Source: an uncultured Gemmatimonadales bacterium (GTDB lineage Bacteria; Gemmatimonadota; Gemmatimonadetes; Gemmatimonadales; GWC2-71-9). Taken from it: 64,000 nucleotides of DNA. A model generated the notes under the pieces. The model searched no databases, was not told the origin of the DNA, and saw only the letters and a program-made list of their open reading frames with translations. The position numbers and the translations under genes were made by a program. Positions within the stretch are counted from its first letter, which is position 1. Each line of letters begins with the position of its first letter. Below, in pieces: positions 45,989-53,613 of the stretch. The DNA is taken from positions 8,992 through 72,991 of the forward strand of contig CBFGTM010000012.1 in the NCBI GenBank assembly GCA_965652025.1, given 5' to 3'.

Positions 45989-47217
45989 GTCCGGGCCGGA
46001 GCCCCGGCTCCGTAACGGGTGGCCACGTACTCCTCCAGAATTTCCAGGAACTCACTCACGATCTCGTCGCCCCGCAGCGTCACTATCAGCCGCCCGTCCA
46101 CATACACCGGCGCCTTGGGCTCCTCGAATGTGCCGGGAAGTGAGATCCCGACGTTCGCATGCTTGGATTCACCGGGGCCGTTCACCACGCATCCCATGAC
46201 CGCTACCTTCATCTCCTCCACGCCCGGATAGTCGGCGCGCCAGACCGGCATCTTCTCCCGTAGATACTGCTGAATGTCCTGCGCCATCTGTTGGAAGAAT
46301 GTGCTGGTGGTGCGGCCGCAACCGGGGCAGGCAGTAACCTGAGGAGTGAAGCTCCGCAAACCGAGCGACTGAAGGATCTGCTGGGCGACTCGCACCTCCT
46401 CCGCCCGATCGCCACCCGGCTCTGGGGTCAGTGATACCCGAATCGTATCGCCGATACCTTCCTGCAGCAGAATGCTGAGCCCGGCGGTGCTGGCGATGAT
46501 CCCCTTAGTACCCAGACCGGCCTCGGTAAGCCCCACATGCAACGGGTAGTCACAGCGCGCCGCAAGCAGACGGTACACCTCCACCAGGTCCTGGACACCG
46601 GAGACCTTGGCACTGAGCACGATCCGGTCATGGGCCATACCGGCGGCTTCCGCCAGGGAGGCGGACTGCAGAGCACTCTCGACCATCGCCTCCAGGACCA
46701 CCGCCCGGGTCTCCCGGGGGGCCGCTCGCCCGGCGTTCTCATCCATGAGAGTGGTTAGGAGCGTCTGATCAAGCGATCCCCAGTTTACGCCAATCCGGAT
46801 CGGCTTCCCGTAGCTGAGGGCCACATCGATGATGGCGCGAAAGTTCTCGTCCCGGCGCTTTCCTCCGACGTTGCCTGGATTGATCCGATACTTGGCCAGC
46901 GCTCGGGCACAGTCGGGATACCGCGTGAGGAGCAGATGACCGTTGTAGTGAAAGTCACCGATGATTGGGACCTGGATGCCCTGCCGGTCGAGTTCTTCGG
47001 CAATGGCCGGGATCGCCGCCGCCGACTCCTCGTTGTTCACCGTCACCCGCACCAATTCGCTGCCGGCCTGAGCCAGTTCGGCGATCTGGGTTGCCGTGGC
47101 GGACACGTCGGCGGTATCGGTGTTGGTCATCGACTGCACCACGATGGGGTGTCCTGATCCAACCGGAACGCCACCGATGAGGGCGGTAACCGTATTTCTT
47201 CGGGCAGCTTGGGGCAT
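45982..47217 (-). CDS. ispG: 4-hydroxy-3-methylbut-2-en-1-yl diphosphate synthase (flavodoxin) IspG/GcpE
   Basis: ATG at 47217 gives [35 protein letters not shown]. Motifs: [29 protein letters not shown]. Confidence 0.92.
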   Translation of the reverse strand: MPQAARRNTVTALIGGVPVGSGHPIVVQSMTNTDTADVSATATQIAELAQAGSELVRVTVNNEESAAAIPAIAEELDRQGIQVPIIGDFHYNGHLLLTRYPDCARALAKYRINPGNVGGKRRDENFRAIIDVALSYGKPIRIGVNWGSLDQTLLTTLMDENAGRAAPRETRAVVLEAMVESALQSASLAEAAGMAHDRIVLSAKVSGVQDLVEVYRLLAARCDYPLHVGLTEAGLGTKGIIASTAGLSILLQEGIGDTIRVSLTPEPGGDRAEEVRVAQQILQSLGLRSFTPQVTACPGCGRTTSTFFQQMAQDIQQYLREKMPVWRADYPGVEEMKVAVMGCVVNGPGESKHANVGISLPGTFEEPKAPVYVDGRLIVTLRGDEIVSEFLEILEEYVATRYGAGAPARTW

Positions 47218-47273
47218 GGGGTAAATATACTGGAACCGGAAGCCGGGAACGGGGTTCCCTAATAGATTCTGAC

Positions 47274-48269
47274 ATGACTGCGCCTGCCGACACCCCACGG
47301 GCCGCGATCACCGCGGTAGCCACCTACGTGCCCGAGCGCATTCTCACCAACGCCGAGCTGGCCAGGAATCTCGATACATCGGACGACTGGATCGTCAGCC
47401 GCACGGGAATTCGCGAGCGGCGGATCGGGAAGCCGGGTGAGACGACTTCGACCATGGGCGCCGAAGCGGTGCGTCGGCTGATGGCCGAACGAGGCCTCGG
47501 TCCCCGCGACATTGATGCCCTGATCGTGGCTACCGTCACCCCCGACATGCTGTTTCCCGCTACCGCCTGCCTGATACAGGATCAGCTGGGCCTGGTGGGC
47601 ACTTGGGGCTTCGACCTGTCGGCCGCCTGCTCCGGATTTCTGTACGCGCTGACAGTGGGAGCCCAGCTGGTGGCGACGGGCGCTCACCGACGGGTTGTTG
47701 TGGTCGGAGCCGATCTGATGAGCTCGATCATTGATCCCATCGATCGAACGACGGCGGTGCTGTTCGGCGATGGCGCCGGTGCGGTGGTGCTCGAGCCCGC
47801 AGAGCCGGGGTATGGGATCCTAGATTTTCATCACCTGGTCGACGGGGGTGGCCGACACGACCTGCTCCTGCCCGCCGGCGGCAGTCTCCTCCCACCCAGC
47901 AACGCCACGGTGGCTGCCCGGCAACATTTCCTCAAGCAGAATGGGAAGGTCGTCTTCAAGTTTGCGGTGTCCCAGATGGTGGAGACCATCCAGGTGCTGC
48001 TGCATCGGAACGGTCTGACCCCGGAAGACCTGGCAATGGTCATTCCTCATCAAGCCAATCAGCGGATTCTGGATGCGGTTGCCGAGCGGCTATGCCTGCC
48101 CCACGAGCGGGTGGCCTCGGTCCTGGCCTTGTACGGCAATACCACCGGAGCCACGCTTCCGCTGGCCCTCAACGCCGTGGCCGGTACCCTCAAACCAGGG
48201 AACCTGGTCGTATTTGCCGCCGTGGGCGCAGGGTTTACTGCGGGAGCAACGCTGGTGCGCTGGGGGTGA
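47274..48269 (+). CDS. fabH: Beta-ketoacyl-ACP synthase III
   Basis: 331 aa. [33 protein letters not shown], active-site [22 protein letters not shown]. Confidence 0.92.
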   Translation: MTAPADTPRAAITAVATYVPERILTNAELARNLDTSDDWIVSRTGIRERRIGKPGETTSTMGAEAVRRLMAERGLGPRDIDALIVATVTPDMLFPATACLIQDQLGLVGTWGFDLSAACSGFLYALTVGAQLVATGAHRRVVVVGADLMSSIIDPIDRTTAVLFGDGAGAVVLEPAEPGYGILDFHHLVDGGGRHDLLLPAGGSLLPPSNATVAARQHFLKQNGKVVFKFAVSQMVETIQVLLHRNGLTPEDLAMVIPHQANQRILDAVAERLCLPHERVASVLALYGNTTGATLPLALNAVAGTLKPGNLVVFAAVGAGFTAGATLVRWG

Positions 48270-48273
48270 ATAA

Positions 48274-48300
48274 GGTCGGAGAGTTCGGAGAGGTCGGAGT
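48274..48300. repeat. Three tandem 9-mers (GGTCGGAGA GTTCGGAGA GGTCGGAGT) filling the fabH/aldo-keto-reductase convergent spacer
   Basis: Read directly. The repeat occupies 27 of the 32 intergenic nucleotides. Confidence 0.85.
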
Positions 48301-48301
48301 C

Positions 48302-49180
48302 TCAAGCTCTAGAAAACTCTGCGTTCGTAATGGCTGATAGATCTGCCTCGGAGAGCTCCAGGCTCCCTGCCCCTACACTGTCCAGTGCGTGCTCTACTCT
48401 GCGCGCACTGGGAATCACCAAGACGTTGGGAGCGCGAGCCAGCACCCAGGCGAGCACCAGGGCATGAGCTGTCACGCCCAGGCGGCTGGCCATTGGTTTG
48501 AGCACAGGGTGGGTAGGGAGTTTTCGGTTGAGTCTCCCACCTCCGACCGGGCTATACGCCAGGAACCCGATTCCTTGTCGGGCGCAATACTCCACCACGC
48601 CTTCGGTCAGGGCTTCCCGGAAGAACGGGTTTAATCGGTTCTGTACGGTGGCGATCTGAGCAACCGATTCAGCCTGCCGAATCTCGGCGACCGATACGTT
48701 CGACAGCCCTATCCTCCGAACCTTCCCCTCTCGCTGGAGGTCGGCCAGGGCCCGCACACTCTCGGCCAGGGGAACCCGCGGGTCCGGGGTATGGAGCTGA
48801 TAGAGGTCTATCTGCTCCACCCCCAGCGCCTGGAGCGATAGGTGGCAGGCAGCGCGCAGATGCTCCGGCCGCCCATCCACTTCCCAGCGGCCTCCGGGCC
48901 GGCGCATGCCCCCCTTGGTGGCGACCGAAAGCCCCTGCCTGTCGGCCTGGCTGGTGCGCAGCGCCCGGCTGATGAGCCGCTCATTATGTCCGATCTCGTT
49001 GTCGTCCAGACAGTACACGTCTGCGGTATCGATCAGGGTGACGCCGGCGTCGAGCGCGGCATGGATGACCCGAAGCGCCTGCTCCTCTGGTGGACGGTTC
49101 TGGATCGACAGATGCATGCCGCCGTAGCCGACGGCAGAGACCTGGGGCGCGTTCCGGCCGAGTGACCGGTGAGGAATCAC
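48302..49180 (-). CDS. Aldo/keto reductase
   Basis: 292 aa with a GTG start in a GTGA overlap. VSAVGYGGM ... GVTLIDTADVY ... IDLYQLHTPD ... GLSNVS. Confidence 0.85.
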   Translation of the reverse strand: MIPHRSLGRNAPQVSAVGYGGMHLSIQNRPPEEQALRVIHAALDAGVTLIDTADVYCLDDNEIGHNERLISRALRTSQADRQGLSVATKGGMRRPGGRWEVDGRPEHLRAACHLSLQALGVEQIDLYQLHTPDPRVPLAESVRALADLQREGKVRRIGLSNVSVAEIRQAESVAQIATVQNRLNPFFREALTEGVVEYCARQGIGFLAYSPVGGGRLNRKLPTHPVLKPMASRLGVTAHALVLAWVLARAPNVLVIPSARRVEHALDSVGAGSLELSEADLSAITNAEFSRA

Positions 49181-49920
49181 TGAACGCCCAGCGATTTCCG
49201 AAGGAAGCGGAGGAGCTCGTCCCGTACATCGAAGTAAATGGCCATGGCGTGGGCCGAGCCGGCAACCAGCTGTGACTTCACGTGGCTGAGGCCCCGGCTC
49301 CAGTTGGTGACGTTGGCCCCGCCATCGAAAGGGTCCTCCCGGGACGACGCCAGGAAGCAGGGCACCTTCAGCCGCTCGAGGGTGTTCCGGATCCGCTCGG
49401 CGGCATCGGACGCAATGGCAGGCGCGCCGGCGGCGCCCAGGGTCGCGACCGCGCGCACCGAGGGAACGGCGCCAGCAGCGAGCAGAACTCCACTTCCACC
49501 GATGCTGGAACCGACGAGAGCGAGCCGGCTGACTTCGATAAAGTTCTGATTGGCGGCCCAGGAAGCGGCCCGTACGATGTCATTCTCGATGTGAACAAAC
49601 CTTACCTTGGTGGCGCTGCTCATGAATGCTTTGCCGAAGTCCTGCTGAGTGAAGCCCTCGGGGGTGTCTATGACGGTAGGGCCGGTGGAGGAGATGATGG
49701 ACGCTCCATGCCCCCGCTGGTCGAAGGCCAGGGTCGCGATGCCGCTCGCTATCAGGTCGGCGACGAGCGGCGCGTAACTGTCCCGGGTCGCGGGATACTG
49801 GTGGGCCAGCACAGCGAGTGGAAACCCTGCGCCGGCATACTCCTCGGGGTAGGTGAGCGTCCCTTTCAGGATCAGTCCGTCTCGCGCCGGGACGGACATT
49901 TCGAGTGGAGCGAGGATCAC
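49177..49920 (-). CDS. Alpha/beta hydrolase (dienelactone-hydrolase-like)
   Basis: I prefer the GTG at 49920 (GTGA overlap with the upstream small ORF) over 49953. FDQRGHGAS and the nucleophile elbow VGSSIGGSG. Confidence 0.75.
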   Translation of the reverse strand: MILAPLEMSVPARDGLILKGTLTYPEEYAGAGFPLAVLAHQYPATRDSYAPLVADLIASGIATLAFDQRGHGASIISSTGPTVIDTPEGFTQQDFGKAFMSSATKVRFVHIENDIVRAASWAANQNFIEVSRLALVGSSIGGSGVLLAAGAVPSVRAVATLGAAGAPAIASDAAERIRNTLERLKVPCFLASSREDPFDGGANVTNWSRGLSHVKSQLVAGSAHAMAIYFDVRDELLRFLRKSLGVQ

Positions 49921-50186
49921 CCCAGACCCAGCTGCCGGATCAGCCGCTGCCAATCGGCGACAGAGATGACACCCTGATCCTTCAGGGGGCTGAGCGTGCC
50001 CAGGATCTCGGCACGGCTCCCATCAATGCGTCGCTCGCGCAGCTCGGTGATCATGCGGGAAAACCGGTGCTCGTATTCGTCGGGAGCCAGCTTGCCCTCG
50101 TTGCGCTGGCTACTGAGCTTCTTGAGCTCTTCGGCCACCCGCGCCGGCGTTATCGGCTTGAGTGCGCCCCCCTGATCAGCCGCCAT
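49917..50186 (-). CDS. Small hypothetical protein with two SHOCT-like motifs
   Basis: 89 aa. VAEELKKLSSQRNEGKLAPDEYEHRF and LSPLKDQGVISVADWQRLIRQL resemble SHOCT short C-terminal domains. It is translationally coupled to the hydrolase. Confidence 0.45.
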   Translation of the reverse strand: MAADQGGALKPITPARVAEELKKLSSQRNEGKLAPDEYEHRFSRMITELRERRIDGSRAEILGTLSPLKDQGVISVADWQRLIRQLGLG

Positions 50187-50265
50187 GTCAGCCTCTCTTC
50201 CAGACCGTGGTTGAAGGTTTCAGTCTCATCATTATGGGGTTGGGCTAGAGTAGCTGCAAGCACAA

Positions 50266-50290
50266 CGCCCGCCGGCTGGGCCGACGGGCG
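50266..50290 (-). terminator. Probable intrinsic terminator downstream of nrdJ
   Basis: GC-rich 10-bp stem (CGCCCGCCGG / CCGACGGGCG, one mismatch) with a 5-nt loop, 40 nt after the nrdJ stop. It is followed on the minus strand by UUGUGCUUGC, a weak U tract. Confidence 0.45.
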
Positions 50291-50329
50291 CTGTCGTGTC
50301 ACGGCTCGACTAGCTGTGGATGACCACGA

Positions 50330-52864
50330 TCACCCACACTCGCTGAAGCCGCACACGTGGCACTTCATGCAACCTTCGGCGAATTCCAGTTGCGACCCAC
50401 AATCGGGACAGGCGCCGGAGAGGGTTTCCTGCATGCCGGTGAACATCATCTGCTCGCCCCGGCCGCCGGTGGTACCCTGGCTCACGACGGGAGCCAGCTC
50501 CTCCGGCTGTCCCCCAACCCGCTGCTGCCCGGCATGGGGGCCGACACCGGGCAACAGCTCCTGCTGAATCCCTTGCTTCTCCTGCATCCAACGCTCGATC
50601 GCGATGCCCACGGCATCTGGCACCGACAGGATCTTGTTGGGCCCCAGCCCAATCACCCGATCGGAGCTGATCCCGCGTAGCTGACGATAGATCTCCTTGA
50701 TCGGAATTCCGGATCGCAGCGCCAGACTGATCAGCCGCCCCAGCGCCTCGACATCGGCCATCAGCGCGCCGCCGGCCTTGCCGAGGGTCATGAAGACCTC
50801 GAAGGGCTGGCTCTTGTCGTCTTCCGTGATCGTCACGTACAGCGTACCGAGCGGCGTTTCCACCCGTCGCGTGGTGCCCCGCAATACCTCGGGCCGCGAG
50901 CGTTTCTGCCGCCGCTGCAGGTTTTCCGATTCCAGCTCGTGAACGATCCGCTGCAACCGCTCAGTTTCGGCGCGGAGCTCGGCGATTTCGCCATGTAAAT
51001 CGGCTGACGAAACGGAAGGGTCCTTGCCAGAGCTAGAGCTCGTTCCGGTTCCGTGCTGTTCCTGCACCTTCTTGGCGGTCGAGCCCGCCGACAGGACCTG
51101 CATCTCCCTGCTACCGTCGCGATAGACGGTGACGCCCTTGCAGTTGAGCCGGTAGGCCAGCCGGTAGATCTCCTCGACGTATTCCTCGGTAGCGTCCTGG
51201 GCGAAGTTGCAGGTCTTGGAGATGGCGCTGTCGTTGAACTCCTGGAATGCTGCCTGCATCCGAATGTGCCACTCCGGCTTGATGGCATTGGCGGTGACGA
51301 ACACCCGCTGCCACTTGGCCGGGACCTCGGGGAGGTCGATATGGCCTGATTCCGCAATACGGCGCATCAGGTCGTCGGAGTACCAGCCCTCCGCCCGGGC
51401 GATGGCAACAAAGTCCTCGTTGATGTCCGGCATGAGGACACCCGCCTGGTTCCGCATGAACGCCACTGCAAAGAGCGGCTCGATACCGGAGCTGCATCCA
51501 GCGATGATCGAGATCGTCCCGGTGGGAGCCACCGTGGTCACGTTGCAGTTCCGCAGCCGGCGCATCGGACGGATCCGTTCACCCTGCTCGTTCCGCGCGC
51601 AGGTTGCATCCGGACCCCAGATACTGCGCTCCCACTCGGGGAAGGTGCCCCGCTCCCCGGCCAGCCGCTCCGATTCGCGCTTGGCCTCCTCGTCGATGAA
51701 CTGCTGGATCCGGCGGCCCAGGTCAACGCCTTCCTTGGAATCGTACGGGATACCAAGCTTCACGAAGACGTCGGCCAGACCCATGACTCCCAGCCCGATT
51801 CGCCGGATTCGCTGAGCCAGGTCGGTGATCTCCGGGAGCGGATACTGGTTGGCATCGATCACGTTCTCCAGAAAATGAGTGGAGAGGTGCACCACCCGGC
51901 GCAAACCTTCCCAGTCAATTTCCTTCCCCCCGTTCCCGTCTTTTACAAACACTCCCAGGTTGATCGAGCCCAGATTGCAGACGTCATAGGGAAGCAGGGG
52001 CTGCTCGCCACACGGATTGGTGGCTTCATACTCTCCCAGGTGAGGGACGGGGTTGTAGTAGTTGGCCTTGTCAACGAAGAAGACACCCGGCTCCCCCGTC
52101 TTCCAGGCGCCGTGAATGATGAGCTCCCAGACCTCGCGGGCGCGCAGCTGGCCGGTGACCTGGCCGCTCTTGGGGTGGATCAGGTCATACAGACCGTCGG
52201 CCTCGACCGCTGCCATGAAGGCGTCCGTGACAGCAACCGAGATATTGAAGTTGGTGATCTTGGTCGTGTCGTCCTTGCAAGTGATGAACTCGAGGATGTC
52301 GGGATGATCTACCCGGAGGATGCCCATGTTGGCGCCCCGCCGGGTTCCTCCCTGCTTCACAACGTCGGTGGAGGCATCGAACAGGGTCATGAAAGAGACC
52401 GGCCCCGACGCCACGCCCATGGTCGAGCGCACAATGTCATTCTTGGGACGCAACCGGGAGAAGCTGAATCCGGTCCCCCCACCTGACTGGTGCACCAGGG
52501 CCATGGCCCGGAGCGTGTCGTAGATGCCGCTCTTGCCGTTAGACAGCGCGTCATCGACCGGGAGCACGAAACAGGCTGAGAGCTGGCCCAGCGGGCGGCC
52601 GGCGTTCATGAGCGTGGGTGAGTTCGGCACGAATTGGCGATTAGCCATGAGGCCAAAGAACTCATCGGCAACCCGCTCGACCGTGCCCGACGACGCGCCA
52701 TAGCGGTCGTCGGCCTGGGCAACGGTACGGGCCACCCGCCAGAACAGGTCGCTCGGGCTCTCCACGGGCGCCCCGGTCTCGTCCTTCAACAGATATCGCT
52801 TTTCGAGAACCGTAATGGCGTTGGACGACAGCCGAAGCGCGTCCCGTGGGGTGGACGATTGCAT
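50330..52864 (-). CDS. nrdJ: Class II (adenosylcobalamin-dependent) ribonucleotide reductase
   Basis: 844 aa. VLEKRYLLKDE ... TLMNAG ... SACFVLP ... NPCGEQPLLPYDVCNLGSINL ... a C-terminal zinc ribbon CPDCGSQLEFAEGCMKCHVCG. Confidence 0.92.
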   Translation of the reverse strand: MQSSTPRDALRLSSNAITVLEKRYLLKDETGAPVESPSDLFWRVARTVAQADDRYGASSGTVERVADEFFGLMANRQFVPNSPTLMNAGRPLGQLSACFVLPVDDALSNGKSGIYDTLRAMALVHQSGGGTGFSFSRLRPKNDIVRSTMGVASGPVSFMTLFDASTDVVKQGGTRRGANMGILRVDHPDILEFITCKDDTTKITNFNISVAVTDAFMAAVEADGLYDLIHPKSGQVTGQLRAREVWELIIHGAWKTGEPGVFFVDKANYYNPVPHLGEYEATNPCGEQPLLPYDVCNLGSINLGVFVKDGNGGKEIDWEGLRRVVHLSTHFLENVIDANQYPLPEITDLAQRIRRIGLGVMGLADVFVKLGIPYDSKEGVDLGRRIQQFIDEEAKRESERLAGERGTFPEWERSIWGPDATCARNEQGERIRPMRRLRNCNVTTVAPTGTISIIAGCSSGIEPLFAVAFMRNQAGVLMPDINEDFVAIARAEGWYSDDLMRRIAESGHIDLPEVPAKWQRVFVTANAIKPEWHIRMQAAFQEFNDSAISKTCNFAQDATEEYVEEIYRLAYRLNCKGVTVYRDGSREMQVLSAGSTAKKVQEQHGTGTSSSSGKDPSVSSADLHGEIAELRAETERLQRIVHELESENLQRRQKRSRPEVLRGTTRRVETPLGTLYVTITEDDKSQPFEVFMTLGKAGGALMADVEALGRLISLALRSGIPIKEIYRQLRGISSDRVIGLGPNKILSVPDAVGIAIERWMQEKQGIQQELLPGVGPHAGQQRVGGQPEELAPVVSQGTTGGRGEQMMFTGMQETLSGACPDCGSQLEFAEGCMKCHVCGFSECG

Positions 52865-52983
52865 GGACTCCCCGCTTAGTAGGGTGTTGTCTCAGAGGGC
52901 CAGCGACCCTGCTTCTGGATCCTGCCGCCGAAGCGGAAGGCCAAGCTAGGCGGCATCAGCGGGTGAGACAATACCATCAAAAA

Positions 52984-53001
52984 TGCACGTAAATACGTGC
53001 A
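52984..53001. promoter_or_regulatory. 18-bp palindrome TGCACGTA-aa-TACGTGCA upstream of nrdJ (candidate operator)
   Basis: Perfect 8-bp arms with a 2-nt centre. The centre is ~128 nt upstream of the nrdJ ATG. It sits in an AT-enriched patch next to a possible -10 (TATTGT on the minus strand). Confidence 0.5.
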
Positions 53002-53060
53002 ATCCTGCTTCTCACATCACAAATATAAGAGGGATGTAGAGACTGTGGAGAAAGTGGATT

Positions 53061-53570
53061 TCAGGACTGTCTTTCAACCAGCGGATACTTGCCGGAACGG
53101 TGAGCTCTCGCCTCCTTCACGTAATGCTTCCAGGTGGCTGCCACTCGCTCGGCCAGCTCTGAGTCGACCTGGCGAACGATGCGGCCGGGCACGCCCATCA
53201 CCAGGGATCGCGGCGGCACTTCCATGCCCTCGGGAACGACCGCACCGGCCGCGACCACACTGCCGGCGCCGATTACTACCCGGTTGAGCAGGACGCTGCC
53301 CATGGCAATAAGAGCATCGTCTCCGACGGTGCAACCGTGGAGGATCACGCGATGCCCTACCGCGACCCTGGATCCGACGGTGCAGGGTACCCCCGCGTCC
53401 ACATGCACGATGCTGCCGTCCTGGATGTTGGTCTGCGACCCGATCACAATTGGCGCCATGTCCCCGCGAACGACCGCCTGGTACCAGACGCTGGCCTCTT
53501 CGCCGAGGGTCACGTCGCCCATCACCGCCGCGGTTACGGCAATGAAGGCAGTGGGATGAATGTTGGTCAC
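53061..53570 (-). CDS. Gamma-carbonic-anhydrase-like left-handed beta-helix (hexapeptide repeat) protein
   Basis: GTG at 53570 gives VTNIHPTAFIAVTAAVMGDVTLGEEASVWYQAVVRGD ... IGSQTNIQDGSIVH ... GHRVILHGC. Upstream codons of the listed ORF overlap the kinase gene. Confidence 0.8.
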   Translation of the reverse strand: MTNIHPTAFIAVTAAVMGDVTLGEEASVWYQAVVRGDMAPIVIGSQTNIQDGSIVHVDAGVPCTVGSRVAVGHRVILHGCTVGDDALIAMGSVLLNRVVIGAGSVVAAGAVVPEGMEVPPRSLVMGVPGRIVRQVDSELAERVAATWKHYVKEARAHRSGKYPLVERQS

Positions 53571-53613
53571 GAAAGGCGGGGCGAGCTGGGAAGGGCCTGC
53601 CGGTGCACGGGCG

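Noticed and set aside
45291-46055. N-terminal 255 codons of the listed 429-aa ORF 44766-46055
   Set aside because: They overlap ccdA in another frame and have a nonsense-like composition. The real gene is the 174-aa TlpA-like protein starting at 45290.
52865-53060. Cobalamin riboswitch or canonical NrdR boxes in the nrdJ leader
   Set aside because: I could find no B12-box-like sequence, and B12-dependent RNRs are not the usual riboswitch targets. The palindrome matches the NrdR consensus only in its outer CAC/GTG triplets, so I report it as an unassigned operator.
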